DNA of 44,604 nucleotides from Mesotaenium endlicherianum (lineage: Eukaryota). Positions 1 to 18,007 of the stretch are shown here, one piece after another. Location: assembly GCA_009602735.1 (NCBI GenBank), contig WELA01002318.1, positions 271,939-316,542 of the forward strand. Direction: 5' to 3'. The position numbers were made by a program, and so were the translations under genes. The stretch's first letter is position 1; the number at the start of each line of letters is the position of its first letter. Below the pieces are notes generated by a model, which worked only from the letters and a program-made list of their open reading frames with translations, did not search any database and had not been told where the DNA came from.

Positions 1-100
1 CCCCACCACCACCACCACCCCCACCCAGCGGCCAACAGGAAAATGCCACGCGTTGTTGTTATTTTCTAGCAAGGCCGCCAGGACACATTTACAACCAGAG

Positions 101-131
<31 letters not shown>

Positions 132-838
132 AGACACACACAGACGTGCGCGCGTGCGCGCGCCTGTGTTGCAACCAGGAGGACTGGGTTTGCTCCTACT
201 GGAAGCACGGCAGCGCACTCATGGCGGCGGCGCGGGGCGGCAGCAGCCATGACGGCCAACAAAAAGGCGCCCGGTGTACGCTCCACAGCACGGAGCCAAA
301 GCAGCCACACAAGGCCAGGCCACGTTCATAGCCTCCTCCCCCTCGAGGAAGCGAGCCCCCTCCCCATCCCGCTCCCCCCTGACTCCGACGCCACAAGTCG
401 GGGAGGATTTGAGGATGTGCTTAGAATTTGGTACGTGCTTAAGAATCCCTGGTCATTGTCCCGATGCATTGAGGGCAGGCAACAAAGGCAGACACAAGCA
501 CTGTCTTCCCACTAGCAGTCCGAGGGCAGCTCAGGGCAGTGCTGCCGGGGCGCACGCCTCTTCCACGAAGGGATGCCCAACACACTTCGCTCTTGCATGC
601 AGCACAAATGCGCGTCTCAAGCGCTCAAATTGACTGCTGTGTGTCTGCGCACGAGCGCACTTCACACAGGGGACAAAGACCGGAGTCGAGAGAATAATTC
701 CGGGTTACACATTGCAGGCAACACAAATACACATCAAAGGCTAGACTTAGGGGTCACAAGAATGGCTCTCGGGTACAAGAAGGCTCAGCATTGGGGCTTT
801 TCTGGGCGGGGTTTAGCGGCGACAGCGTGAGCGCGTAC

Positions 839-2258
839 GGAGCTTGCGGGCAATGGCGGCGGCCTCGCCCATGCGCGCGTCGTCGGAGAACACTGCGGCG
901 GGGGGCGAGTATTGGAGCAGGTCCCCGCGGCTGCTATTGAAGTCCATCAGGTACTGCGAGCGCTCGCACAACCCCCACACGGCAGCACCCGGGCGCGAGT
1001 GCTCGCACAACCCGGCAGCGGCCCCCAGGGGCCGCCCACGACCGAGGAGCTTAGAGGGGGGCCAGGAGCACACATTTTCTCACACAGCTGGTCGCTCTCT
1101 GGCTCAAAGCAGCTTCTTTTGCTTGCCAAGTCTTAGGGCAGACGTGGGCGGGCGCTTTGTCTGGTTCGTGCTGCTGCTGCTGCAGCTTGACATATGGCAT
1201 GCTGCTGCCGCAGAGACAAGACACGTGGCGCACGTGGGCTCCCACGCGGGGGCTATGAAGGGGGGGGCGATTTTAACGCCAGGTGCATCAGAAAGGAGGA
1301 AAAGGCTGCACCCACTTTGGGATTCCGAGCACAATACCCACTGCAGAGCTTTGACTGGCAGACAACGAGTATTCTTCGGAACTCTATACCTTAAGCCCTT
1401 CTTATTTTCCCTTGCGTACACACAAGCACACATGCGCGCACGCCCACACACGCGCGCGCATGATGCATGTGCCTGAGGGTGTATTTGTGCGTGTCTTCTG
1501 CCAGGAGTCTCCAGCGTGTGGGTGATGGCACATACATGTCTATATGACGTCGTTTAAGAAGCAGGCAGGCACACAGGAGAGCAAGCAGGCGGGGCGGGTG
1601 GGCCAACACGCGGGGTGCTTGCTTCTGGTACCTTGATCAGGTCGATTGTCTGGCTGGCCAGCTCCCGCTGGGCATCCGCACTCTGCAAAGATGCAACGCG
1701 AGCAGGCGTGCGTGCGTATGGATGCCAGCTGTCAGATCAGGATGCAAGAGCAGATACTGGATGCAGCTGTTGATGCCAGAGGCACAGCGACGGAGAGGAC
1801 ACACGCACAAGCATACACTCACACACAGAGAGAGATGGAGAGAGAGAGATAGCAAAGAAAGGGAGAGTTCAAGAGCAAGGATCACGCCCCCCAGTTCATT
1901 TTTAGCTCCACGCCATGCATTCATCGGGGGGAACCTGGGCTGCGGACTGGCCGCAGCCCTTGCAACAGCTGGCACGCGGGCGTGCTTGCACGTGCGCCGT
2001 GTCCGTCTGCGTGTGCGTGTCGTGCGCGTGTGCGGTTTAATGTGTTGGTCGTGCACTTCCCAAGCTGGCAGGAGCATCGGGAGAGTACCTGCAGGTGGTC
2101 TCCAATGCGAGTGGCCGTCTGACCAACGCCCGAGATGCGCGCATCCAAGCGCCCAAACTGGTTGAACAGGCCCTCCACGCCTCTCTCAAGCTGCTCTTGT
2201 GCGTCAACACGCACGTGCGCATACACACACACACACACTCTCACTCTCACACACTCTC

Positions 2259-2289
<31 letters not shown>

Positions 2290-5200
2290 CATGCGCGTGC
2301 ACGCAGAGAAAAGGAGAGAGAAGAGGGGTGGAGGGGGAGGGGGGGAGGAGANNNNNNNNNNNNNNNNNNNNNNNNNNNNNNNNNNNNNNNNNNNNNNNNN
2401 NNNNNNNNNNNNNNNNNNNNNNNNNNNNNNNNNNNNNNNNNNNNNNNNNNNNNNNNNNNNNNNNNNNNNNNNNNNNNNNNNNNNNNNNNNNNNNNNNNNN
2501 NNNNNNNNNNNNNNNNNNNNNNNNNNNNNNNNNNNNNNNNNNNNNNNNNNNNNNNNNNNNNNNNNNNNNNNNNNNNNNNNNNNNNNNNNNNNNNNNNNNN
2601 NNNNNNNNNNNNNNNNNNNNNNNNNNGGGGGGGAGGAGAGGGGGGGGGAGGGAAGAGAAAGAGGGAGGAAGTATGAGCTTGGACACGGCACAAGATGGAA
2701 CAGGATATCACATTGGTCTACGAGAGAACTCGGCCTGTGACCGAGGTCCTCACATCACCTTTCCTTAGCCATTACACAAAGGCCCTAGGCAGATTAAGAG
2801 AAGGCAAGGGGGGAGGGAGAGCAGGTGGGGACCACTTTCTGATACCGTCCCCCGTCCAGCACAACTCTAAAGCCGCCTGTCAGATGCAGAGGCCACAATG
2901 GCGTGGCAGCCTCAGGCCCCGTCACAGAGAGAGCACAACCTGCAACAAGCTGCAGGCTTGAGCATGTCTGCTTCGGGCAAGAGTGGAAGTAGAAATGAAA
3001 ACAAGAATGAAAGCGAGAGTAGGGACAGGAATGCACGCTGGGGACTAACGGGTGAGGGAAACCAAACCGCCAGCCGCCGACCCAGAGGAGCACCAGAGAG
3101 GCCTATCGAGCAGGTGCCTCAAGGGGGAGGGAGGGGGGGGAGGAGGGATGAGGACGTAGCAGAGCAACTATTCGTCAGGCGGGTACCTCCAGCAGCACAC
3201 GGAGCTGGGCGCACCCGTGCTCCAAAGACTACTCCTGAACCAACCATATGACTGATGAGGCACACAAGAGCCGGATGAGAGCTGCGGGGAGTGTGCATCC
3301 CTCGTCAGCATAACATGGCATACAGGACGCCCGCCTCAGTACACGCTCCAGGACGCACACACAAAAACACGCACAGCAACGCCGCAATGCAATGAGAGGA
3401 GGCGCGCGGCAGACGAGACTCTCTTGCTCGCAGACGCCGTGCGCTGATAGCGTCATATCGCCCGGCACACGATCAGCCACATTTCTCCACAGCACGCAAG
3501 GGCGCTACTCAGAAGGGGGCACGTGTGTCACTCAGAAGGGAAACGAGGCATACTTCCTCCCTCCCCTCCCTCCCTCCTCTCCTTCTTCCCTCCCTCCCGC
3601 TCTCCGTCCCTCTCTCTTGCACACAGAAGCTGTGAGTACAGGGCAGCATCACCGGCACATGGAAGAGACTGCGTCCTCCACAGCACACAGCGGTGCCGCG
3701 GAGGGAGCAGCCGCAGGGCTCTTCAGCCAGAGGCTCCAGGAGAGAGCGCGTCGAGAGAGGGAGGGGCGGGCAGGAATGCATGTGACTCTCGCGCGCGCAC
3801 GCGAGGAATGAGCGAAGGGGGGAGCAAGCAAGGGAGGAAGGGTGCTAGATAGGGAGGAAGAGAGCTAGTGAGAGCGGGAGGGAGGGTGCTAGCGAGCAAG
3901 GGAGGGAGGGAGGGATCGAGGAAGAGAGAGCAGGGTGGGAGCAAGCGAGGGAGAGAGGCAGGCCGGTGTACCTTGCTGAGAGTCTCCTTGTGCTCGACGT
4001 CCTGCGCCGCCACCTCGGTGCGCAGATCCGAGAGCCGCGCGTCCACCTGCAGAACTCCCCTCAGCAGCAGCAGCAGCAGCAGCAGCTTCAGTCGCCAGCG
4101 AGCCCCACCCTGCCCAGACTGGCTGCAGAGAAGTGGTGAAAGGGGGGAAAGGGAGGGAGGGGGAGAGGGGGGGGAAGGAGGGGAATGGGGAGGAGAGAGG
4201 GGTGGCTTTGCTGAACCATCATGGATCTCGCTGGCGGCGCCTGTCAGACTAAGCTTCTTCTTTCCCTAGACCAATCTGGGCGGCAGCTTGCTGCGAAAAG
4301 ATAACAAACGGATGGGGAAACTTTTGTGCGTAACACCAAAAGTGTGGCAAGGAACACCCTTCTCCCCTTACTGATGAAGGAGGAGGCTAGAGAGAAGAAG
4401 GATAAGAGAGCAAACGGAGAAGAAGAAGAAGAAGAAGAAGAAGAAGAAGAAGAAGAAGAGACTTGTTCTGCTGACGCCCCAATCCTTTGGTGCAATGCAC
4501 CTGATTCCTCAACTCCTCAAGCAGCCTCAAAATCTTTTCATTTCCTGACGCGAGCCATTACTGCACGCCAGGAGAAAGCAAAAGAAATCTTGTGCCTGAG
4601 TGCATGCGTGAGTGTGTATGTGTGCGTGTTTGCGCGTTCCTGTGCGTGTGTGTGTGCGTGCATGTGCATGTGTGTGTGCATGTGTTGTGTGTGAGAGAGA
4701 GGAAGAGAGCGTGTACGCAAAGCGTGCATGTTTGCGTATGAGCACGCGAGGGTGAAGCAAGAGGGCGGTGTGCCACCTGGCGGCTGAGGTCGATGAGCTC
4801 TTTGCGCGCGTCCTTGAAGAGCGGCAGCAGGGTGGCGGCCTCGGGGTAGCCCGGTACGCTGTGGGTGCCGCCGCCCAGCTTGGAGGAGCCGTTGGGCGTC
4901 GTCGCCACCTCCCCGTCAAAGGCGTCGCCCTCGGGCGGCAGGATGTCTTGCACCAGGCTGTTAAAAAAGTCGTCGAACGCAAACACGCCCTGCGTGGTTG
5001 GTCCCGCACCCCCCCGGCCCCCCATTGGCCCTTTAATAGATATTTGATCATTGGGGTCAAACAGAAACACGCCCTGTGTGGTCCCGCGTCCCCCGACTCC
5101 TGTCAGAGAAATTTATGGTGACAAGCAAACACGCCTTGTGTGCACCTCTGCATTCCCCCATTGCCCCCATTGCCCTCAGAGAGAATTATGATTATTTGAG

Positions 5201-6714
5201 CCTGCGTGTATCCACATCGCCCCCCAGAAGACCCTCAAGAGTCGATTCTGTTATGACCAAGAGCTCAATAAGTGGTTGACTGTAACTCCATCGGGTCCCA
5301 CATATAAAAGCTCAGAGGCGCGCTTATTCATCTGATTGCCGACAGACGCATGAGGAGTCCCCCCGCTGAGGTCAACCCCCCCCAAGCCCGCCACCGGCAG
5401 GCCACCAGGGGGGCATATGATGGCCCACACGCTACTCTTACGTGTGCCCTGGTGCTGCAAGGGAAGTCCAGAGGGTTGGAAGAAAGGAGCAGACGTCAAT
5501 CAGATGTGCGGCTTCAGGGCCTGCAGCCCACACGGCGGCAAGTGTCCAGGTGTCGGCTGCAGACCTGCGTCAGGTGTCTCGTGTCAGGTGTCAGGTGTCA
5601 GGTGTCTCATCTCTGACGCGTGCGCCATATCCCCAGAGCAAGTCTTCAGGCAAAGGGGTCACACACACAGCCTGATACATACGCGGAGTGTCGCTAAACT
5701 GAGTGCATCACAGACGAACAGCCCTCCCTCTTCTAGTCAGCCCTCGCGAGTCCAGCCTGTCGCTATGCAAGCCTCCTTGCCAGGTGTCACAGCCTTGCAC
5801 TAGTATTCTGCAGGCGCACGAGCAGCGTGCCACCTCTCACTCTGCATTCCAGTCACGCCCTGTCAGCCAGGCCCTTGCCGAAGTTGCTAAGGGGAGAGGG
5901 CAGGCTTCAACCCTGTGCATGTCTGGTGAAACCTAAAGACCTCTTGACAGGTGGAAACACAAAGGCTAGTCCCTGATAGTGTCAACCAATATTCACAAAG
6001 GCTGGCACCCTAGCAGCCCATGAGCCACACAGAGACCCTTCGCCCTCTGGGTTTAACCTTCAAACCCAAGGGTTGATTTTCTCAACCCTAATCAATCACA
6101 GGAAGGATATCTAGAGCTCGCTGAAGCTGATCTGGCGGTCTGGCACACGTGCAGTTCTCTCCTTCTTTCCTCCCAGATGTTGACATGATGCATTGCGAAA
6201 GAGATCGCGACATGTCCTTTCCTGGTGGATTCGACCACCGCGATACGCAAGCAAGTGATGGAGATTATGAAGGTCTGTGTCTCGAATTGTTAAGAGAGAG
6301 CAGAGTGGCCCGAGAATGAGACTTTTGCAGACTTGGCTAAGGTGACAGAGCCCTTTTTCTCACATGGGCATGCCCTACATCCACCATCATAAGGCCCTCA
6401 CCTTTTTTGCTGAGGCAGCATGCACGTGAAGCTTCTCTGAGCCCGGCAGAAATTAATCAAAGGCTCCTCCAGCCAAGCTAGACGCTGCTTACATATATAT
6501 TCTTTAGAAGTATTCTTAACTTTGGTTAGCAGGTCTTTGCAGGTGCTGAATTGGAGACAGTGTAGAATTCAGATTTTGTTTTTCAAACTGCTCTGGGGTA
6601 TGGACCAAATGAATGGGGGGGTCTTTTCCAAGTTTTTGAAGTAGTATGGTAGGTCACCTTGAAATCATTCACACTGAACGCCACTGAAGCATTTCCAGAG
6701 TTTCTGGTGGCCAT
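839..6714 (-). CDS. SEC10: Exocyst complex component SEC10, 5' part (6 coding exons; 3' remainder not found, probably beyond the left edge)
   Basis: Exons with GT-AG junctions, in frame: 6714-6658 (MATRNSGNASVAFSVNDFK), 4989-4777 (GVFAFDDFFNSLVQDILP...LLPLFKDARKELIDLSRQ), 4046-3972 (VDARLSDLRTEVAAQDVEHKETLSK), 2190-2089 (LERGVEGLFNQFGRLDARISGVGQTATRIGDHLQ), 1682-1632 (SADAQRELASQTIDLIK), 953-839 (YLMDFNSSRGDLLQYSPPAAVFSDDARMGEAAAIARKL). Colinear with the plant SEC10 N-terminus as recalled (DFKGDFSFDALF...LDGRISSVGQTAAKIGDHLQSADAQRETASQTIDLIKYLMEFN). Confidence 0.95.
2352..2626. other. Assembly gap (N) in SEC10 intron 3
   Basis: Run of N between G-rich flanks. Confidence 0.99.
4419..4457. repeat. 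(GAA)13 microsatellite in SEC10 intron 2
   Basis: Direct reading. Confidence 0.95.
5545..5610. repeat. Short degenerate (TCAGGTG)n repeat in SEC10 intron 1
   Basis: Reads caggtgtc...gtgtcaggtgtcaggtgtcaggtgtc. Confidence 0.75.
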
Positions 6715-7814
6715 TGCTCTAAGTCGCGGTGATGGTTTAATGTATGCCCCTCCGTCTCTTGGCTCCTGCGCCTGCAGCGTCATACCCTTTCTGCAGTAAT
6801 CAATAGGTTGACAAAGAGAGTAGAGGACAAGCTGCAAGAAGGATGGCCGTCACTCAACAACAGCAGATTAATCACATAACATGAATATTCGTTGGCGCGA
6901 GCGAGTTAAGAAACACACCCCCGCACTACCATACGTGCCCCTCCTTGGCTTCCCCTCCATTTGACTGGTCTCTAAGTTGTTTAGGGGCACTTCTTATATA
7001 CCAACTACGCATCTCAGGCAGTTGCGCCCATCAGTGTCACACCATCATCGCGTCACGGGGCAATTGATCGTTCGACTCGTAATGCTGCACTCACTGACTA
7101 CTTCAGTCCCAGCTCCATGCTTTCAGCAAAGATGCAAAGACAACTACATCCAAAATTTGCTTTTAGATCATTTGCATGGACCAGCATGGACCCTCGGTCG
7201 GACCTGTCTTCGTTGTTTGGTTTTGTCAAGTAGAGATACTGCCAGTTCGTGCGTGTTCACGTCGCGCCTGCAGTCAAAGACGGGAAAACGTTTACCCCAC
7301 ATCTCGAAACGCATGGGAATGTTCAAAGTCGGTCACTTAAGCTCAAAAAGTGACAAGATTTTGATTCAAATAATGACTAAATAGGCCATCCTTCTCGTGT
7401 TTTGTCTATAGACGTACGCCAACGAAACTTTGCGGAGGCAGACCCGATTGTAATACTCATCTATCACAAAAAAAGCCGTAAAGCATCCTTCCTCACCAGA
7501 TAGATAACCGGGAAAAGTGCCTCGCTCAGAAGGTTGTCCGAGGGAGACGAACAGAGACGAACAGCTTCGAGAGACGTGCATTTCAAACGATCGCATTTTA
7601 GTACTTCTCATTTCCGTTTTCCCACTTCTCATACCCAATGTTGTGACCAGGACTTTCTGAGGACAAAGTAGTAGGTCTGTGCTTACAAATAGCCTGATCC
7701 GAACATGCGTATCACAAATTGATGTAGGATAAGGAAGGAAGACACTGTATTTGGTGAAGTAGTCATCAGTCCTAGTCTTGAAGTATTCGCTTTAAGGTTA
7801 CATTGTACCGAGAA
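6715..7814. promoter_or_regulatory. Head-to-head intergenic region (putative bidirectional promoter plus 5' UTRs)
   Basis: Only 1.1 kb separates the SEC10 ATG (6714, -) from the DUF948-like ATG (7815, +). No specific element identified. Confidence 0.5.
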
Positions 7815-10800
7815 ATGGCTTACACTTGCGGATCTACACTTCCGTGCTGCCGATCATTTGTCAGTATCGACCGCATAAATTTGAAGGAACAAAATGTCGC
7901 TTGCAGCAGTGTTATCTATCACCCTGTCCTAAATACGAAGGCTCTGAAGGTGGCCAGGATTCATCGAAATTCATCAGAGCCTGACGCAGCATGTTCCACC
8001 TCCGTCTGCACCTTTCAGACCCCAAGAATAGATGCAGAGAAAGGCAATGCAGGGCGTGCTTTTGGTGCATACGCTGGTCAAAGCCAAAGGGCCAGAGCTC
8101 ACCTTAAGCACCAGAATTCTTTCATGCACTGCATCGCTAGCCAGTCTGGAAGCAAGTGCAGGAACGCTTATGACATCAGCAGTGGTGAATTGGATCAAAG
8201 CCCTGTGGGTGGTGTATCTAGTGATAGCTTCTCAGAACAGGGAGATGCAGCTGGTCATGCAAGCTTCACTAGCAGCTCATCTGCATTCCGCAGGGGAAGA
8301 AATCGATTAGTGCTAGACAACAAGGCTGATTTTACTGGAAGCAGACCCACGCAATTAGTGTCGTCTATCTCTACACCAGCGCAAACTTCTGCAGTGCAAT
8401 TGCAGCCAAATTCTGTTGACCGAATTCTGGTGTTTTTGGGATTCATAGCGTGCGCAGTAAGCCCCCCCTCCACGTCTTATTCCCTTTCCTTATGAAGTTA
8501 GTGCATACTCAAGACTTGTAATGCTAGATTGCTTGCTGCTAAAAGTATCAGTGGATGGTCTCAGAATGCTTCTGTAGATGGTCAACCATCGCGATGTGGC
8601 CACTACTTCCGAGCTAATGACTGCATGTCTTTCTCCCTGATGATGCTGTGCAGGTGGCAGGATCTCTATCGCTGCTCCTATTGGCGGCCATTCCAACTCT
8701 TCATGTATAGCCTCTTAATTCCGCGGTCCTTCATGTGTCGATATGTGCCATGGCAAGACAGATTGTCTACCCTCTTCAACATGGTCAGGCTGTATCAGTC
8801 TTAGACAAATGTGTAGATTTTTCACTCTTACAGCAGGAAGCTTTCTTTCATCCACACACAAATGTTGCTGATTGTTGGCTGGCTATCTACTCTCTTCATA
8901 ACAGCATAAAGTAAAAAGTTGTTCGAAGGCATCACCAGATTTGCAGACAACTCTATAAGGAGAGTGCTTTGGAACCAGGGGCTGACCTGGCAAGCCACAA
9001 AAACCCACACAACCCACATACAGTGCATTAAATTCTTAATGACTCATCTCTATGCATATGTGCTGCAATACTCTTTTAGGTGCACGTTGTGGCATGGGTT
9101 CACATGTGGGTGACGGCTAGTAAGATCGACGTGTACACTGTTGCAAGTATTGCACATACATGTGGTACTGATATGGGGAAATAGCAGCTGAATTTCGGCT
9201 CACTGAAGCTGCTGGGGGGCTTTTTGTCTTTGGTGGGTGCGGGGGGGGGGNNNNNNNNNNNNNNNNNNNNNNNNNNNNNNNNNNNNNNNNNNNNNNNNNN
9301 NNNNNNNNNNNNNNNNNNNNNNNNNNNNNNNNNNNNNNNNNNNNNNNNNNNNNNNNNNNNNNNNNNNNNNNNNNNNNNNNNNNNNNNNNNNNNNNNNNNN
9401 NNNNNNNNNNNNNNNNNNNNNNNNNNNNNNNNNNNNNNNNNNNNNNNNNNNNNNNNNNNNNNNNNNNNNNNNNNNNNNNNNNNNNNNNNNNNNNNNNNNN
9501 NNNNNNNNNNNNNNNNNNNNNNNNNNNNNNNNNNNNNNNNNNNNNNNNNNNNNNNNNNNNNNNNNNNNNNNNNNNNNNNTCCCGCTCCTTTTTCCTAGCA
9601 GTCGTCGTGCGTGCACCACCCCCTCTCTTCTTTGGTATTGTCCTAACCTTGTGCCCCCTTACTCTGGTCCTCGTGCTTTGGTTGCGACCCTACTAGAAAT
9701 GGCTGCTTTTCTATTTCGAGGTGCATATTTGTGGTGACAAGTGTTCATTTCAGGTCCCCAGAACGTTCCCTACGTGCCCGCGCCTTCCGCCCTCGTGTTC
9801 GGGATGCGGGCATGTCTCTTGCACGCGCACCCATTCACCGCGAGGTGTATCCCGTTGATACTCGTAGCATTTGATTTCTTTGATGTGCGCCCAGTTCTTA
9901 GTGTCAAAGAGCATCCAGGCAATCGAGCAGCCACTCACAAGGCACTGTGAGTGAGAGCTGATTAGTTGTGTGTTTGTGTGCGTGCTTGCCTGTGTGTGAG
10001 CAAGAGAGAGAGAGGGAGGAACCAAGATACTGAGTATTAGCAAGGAAATCAGGCGTGTGAGAGGGAGAGAGAAAGAAAGGGAGGCACATGCCAGTGTGAC
10101 GCGGGGGCTGCTGTGCTAGGAGGTGGATGTGTGTCCTCCTGTCCCTCCCAGCCGGAGGAAACGTGTCCCACCCCCTTATGTGTTCAGAAGCAGAGCTTCC
10201 TGCTTCCTCCCCGCTTGCTCCCCTTCCTTCCCCTTCGTTGACCCCTCCCACGTGCTACGTGGCCCAATGAGCAGCCAGGAGATATCCGACGGCGTAAGGA
10301 GCTCGGCCCGGGCCGTGGCAGCGGCCGAGGACGGCCTACGGCGCGTGGGGTCGTTTGCCACAAACCGCGCTCGAGGTGAACTTCACCTCACCTCCCCCTT
10401 GAAACACACATGTGGGAACTTTGCCATTCATCAGGGAAGGTGGGGGTGAGCGTGTGCAACCCCCGCGCCTGCCGCAGCCCCTGCACGCCTCCTCCGGGAC
10501 GGGTGGCATCTGTGTGAAACGCGCCTGATGCTATCATGCACGGGCCTGAGGTGTAGCAGGGGGCTAGGCTTAAGCGTGCAGCTGCTGCTTGCCCGGCTGC
10601 CTCCTCCTGGACTCCTCCCTGGATTCCTTCTGGGGTGGGTCGAGGGGTGGGTTCTACGAGCAAAGTTAAAGCACGGCAAGCGAGTTTGTAGACAAGTGCC
10701 AGCACTCTCACGCTGGCCTCTTCTGCCTGCCTGTTTGCCTGCTGGGGTGCACGCCCCTCTTCTGCTGGCCTGTGTGTAGATGCCACCTGCCTGGCCCGGT

Positions 10801-11531
10801 GGCTTCTCTTTCTTCCCTGGCTTTGCGACAGAGGGGGCTACAGATTGTCTTGGCCCACTGATGCCTCGCGCCAGCTCAGCCTCTGGGCTAGCTCAGCGAG
10901 TGCATGCGTGTCCACCCCACCCCACCTTTCACCTGACAGCTTGCACCCTTCTGATGGCTTGCCGAGGACAGAGGACAGGAGGAGCGCGGGAGCTGACTGA
11001 TGTGGCGAGTGGTCGTGTGTGTGCATGTGCTGGGTGAGGTGGGGCGGGGCTTTATCACTTTTCTTTCTGTTGGGGGGGAGCTGTGTAGCGATGCTGCAGG
11101 AGCGCGCAGCTGGTTCTCCCGTCCCCCGGCCTCCTCAGTTTCCCCCAGCAGCGGCAGCAGCAGCAGCAGCAGCAGCAGCATCGACCTCCCCAGCAGCAGC
11201 AGGAGCACCAGCACCCGTACCGGTGCCACCAGAAGCAGCAGCGCCGTCAGCGGCGGGGGCAGCGGCAGCCCAGTCAGCAGCAGCGCAGCAATTGCTGGTG
11301 CAGCCAGCATCAGCGCAGCAGGCGAGCCTCGAGCTGGCAATGGCGGTCCGTAACGCGCGGATCAACGTGCAAGGCATGCGCCAGGTGGCGCGCCAGCTGG
11401 CGGGCGCGCGGCGAGCGTGGCGCTGGGTCGGCAAGGCGCTCGGCCTCAAAGGGCCCAGCCACGAGAAGGTCTCCCGCATGAGGCTTGAGAGAGCCAACAG
11501 GCTGAGCGAGCATTCTGGCAGGAGACACTAA
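7815..11531 (+). CDS. Putative plastid-targeted membrane protein, At1g08530/At5g09995-like (cyanobacterial DUF948-like); one internal exon missing
   Basis: Exons 7815-8456 (S/R-rich N-terminus ending DRILVFLGFIACA|gtaag), 8654-8704 (VAGSLSLLLLAAIPTLH), 10275-10375 (SQEISDGVRSSARAVAAAEDGLRRVGSFATNRAR), 11089-11531 (AMLQERAAG...poly-Ala...ELAMAVRNARINVQGMRQ...stop). A hydrophobic segment followed by AAIPTL, and SQxIxDGVxxSAxAVxAAExG, match this family as recalled. The conserved ELPxTMAAIRLSGMEISDL segment was not found in called bases. Confidence 0.8.
9251..9579. other. Assembly gap (N) inside the DUF948-like gene
   Basis: Run of N following a poly-G tract. Confidence 0.99.
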
Positions 11532-12996
11532 GCGACGAGCACACGCGCGCGACACCGACACGTTCGATACTTTTGCTTTTGTTTGTCCGATGCACTTCCG
11601 GGCGTATGATTGCCCCTTCGTCCTTTCAAGGGTTGGTTACTTGAAATAGGCTTGACATCGACACAAATTTGTCGTGCGCATTGTACATAGAGATGGTATC
11701 ATTTTTGGCCCATGGCTTGGCCTTGCATGGCTTCATAAAACCTCTAGGAAAATTTTGGCGGATTGCATGTATAGTGGATAGTCAAAAGGGAGAAAGTGGA
11801 CCGTGAGATTGGGCCCCAAATCTGTCTTGCACAACAAGCCACGTCACTTTCCTCTGGCAGGGTTTCTTGTAGATGAGCCCCCTGATTTTCCTGGTGTCAT
11901 TAGTGCTGCAGGTGATCATAGCAAGCACAAGTTAGCCTGCTGCACATCAGAGGTGCTCAGCAACCCGAACTGGCCCGCCTCAATGTTCTGCATATTTTTT
12001 TTGTTAGCCCCGAGACGAGCAGCAAGTAGCAAGCTTGAGAGTATACTTAAGCTGACTAGCCATACTTAGCATGCTTTCAGCAAAATCAATACTGTGGGTT
12101 GTTGGCATTCTTAATCGTGATTGTGAGGACACTAGTTGTCACTTGTCCCCTTTTTCTCAATTGGAATGTGTTCATAGATGCATTTCCTCTTTTTGATGCG
12201 GTTGTGAATAATGATGAATGGATTGTGAAGAACGACTTCTTGTGCAAGACGTTTAAGAATCTTACGGCTTGTATTGTACCATTCTAAGAAGGTCTCAACA
12301 TTGACTATTTCATAAGTACCGTGTTTAGCGGTTGTATGCACAAACAAGTATAGCAAGTGACTTCCACCAACATAAGAGCAAGCTAAGCTTCTGTGAACAG
12401 ACATCATACTCCACTTTTTTGTGACGTATCTTTGTAAACCTTTACGTGCCTAACTATTCCTTTGCTCGTTCCTCGTGCATGTATACGATGCCAGTCCCTG
12501 AAAACTAGTAAAATTACTTTCGATCACTTATAACGAATTATATCAGATGTTTGTTTTGAAATGTACCTATAATTGGCCGCAAAGAATTGTGGCCGGGGAC
12601 GGTAACAGTCGGTAATGCTTTCCTGTCGTTCAATTGCGACACAGTTGGCAAATCAATAGTACATCGCCAGGAGCGTCGCCTACACAAATTGAATTCGATA
12701 ACATTCAATTTGTATGAAACTTCGTGCAATTGAAGAGAAAGCTTGCTCGATCTAATGGAGTAGGGCTACACAACAAATGACTGTTGCTATACTGCTCAAA
12801 CAGCATGCGCGGTCCTCATTTGTGCATAGAAGCACCCAACAGATGATTTTTATTTCGAAATGTTTTTGATTCTTTTCCCTCTGGCGCTCTTCAATAGTTC
12901 CTTCTCCTTGATTAATGCATAGTGCGCGTCAGAAACTAGTTAATGCAGCGTTATAGTAAGGACGACGAGGTTGGCCTCTTGTGAAATGTAGGAGAG

Positions 12997-18007
<5,011 letters not shown>

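Noticed and set aside
520..580. FVEEA on the minus strand as the next SEC10 exon
   Set aside because: No suitable AG acceptor immediately upstream, and an in-frame stop follows shortly.
2095..2768. Long ORFs spanning X runs (also near 9200-9737 and 34146-35587)
   Set aside because: Open only because N gaps contain no stop codons.
12132..12407. 91-aa minus-strand ORF between genes 2 and 3
   Set aside because: No recognisable family and no splice or codon-bias support.
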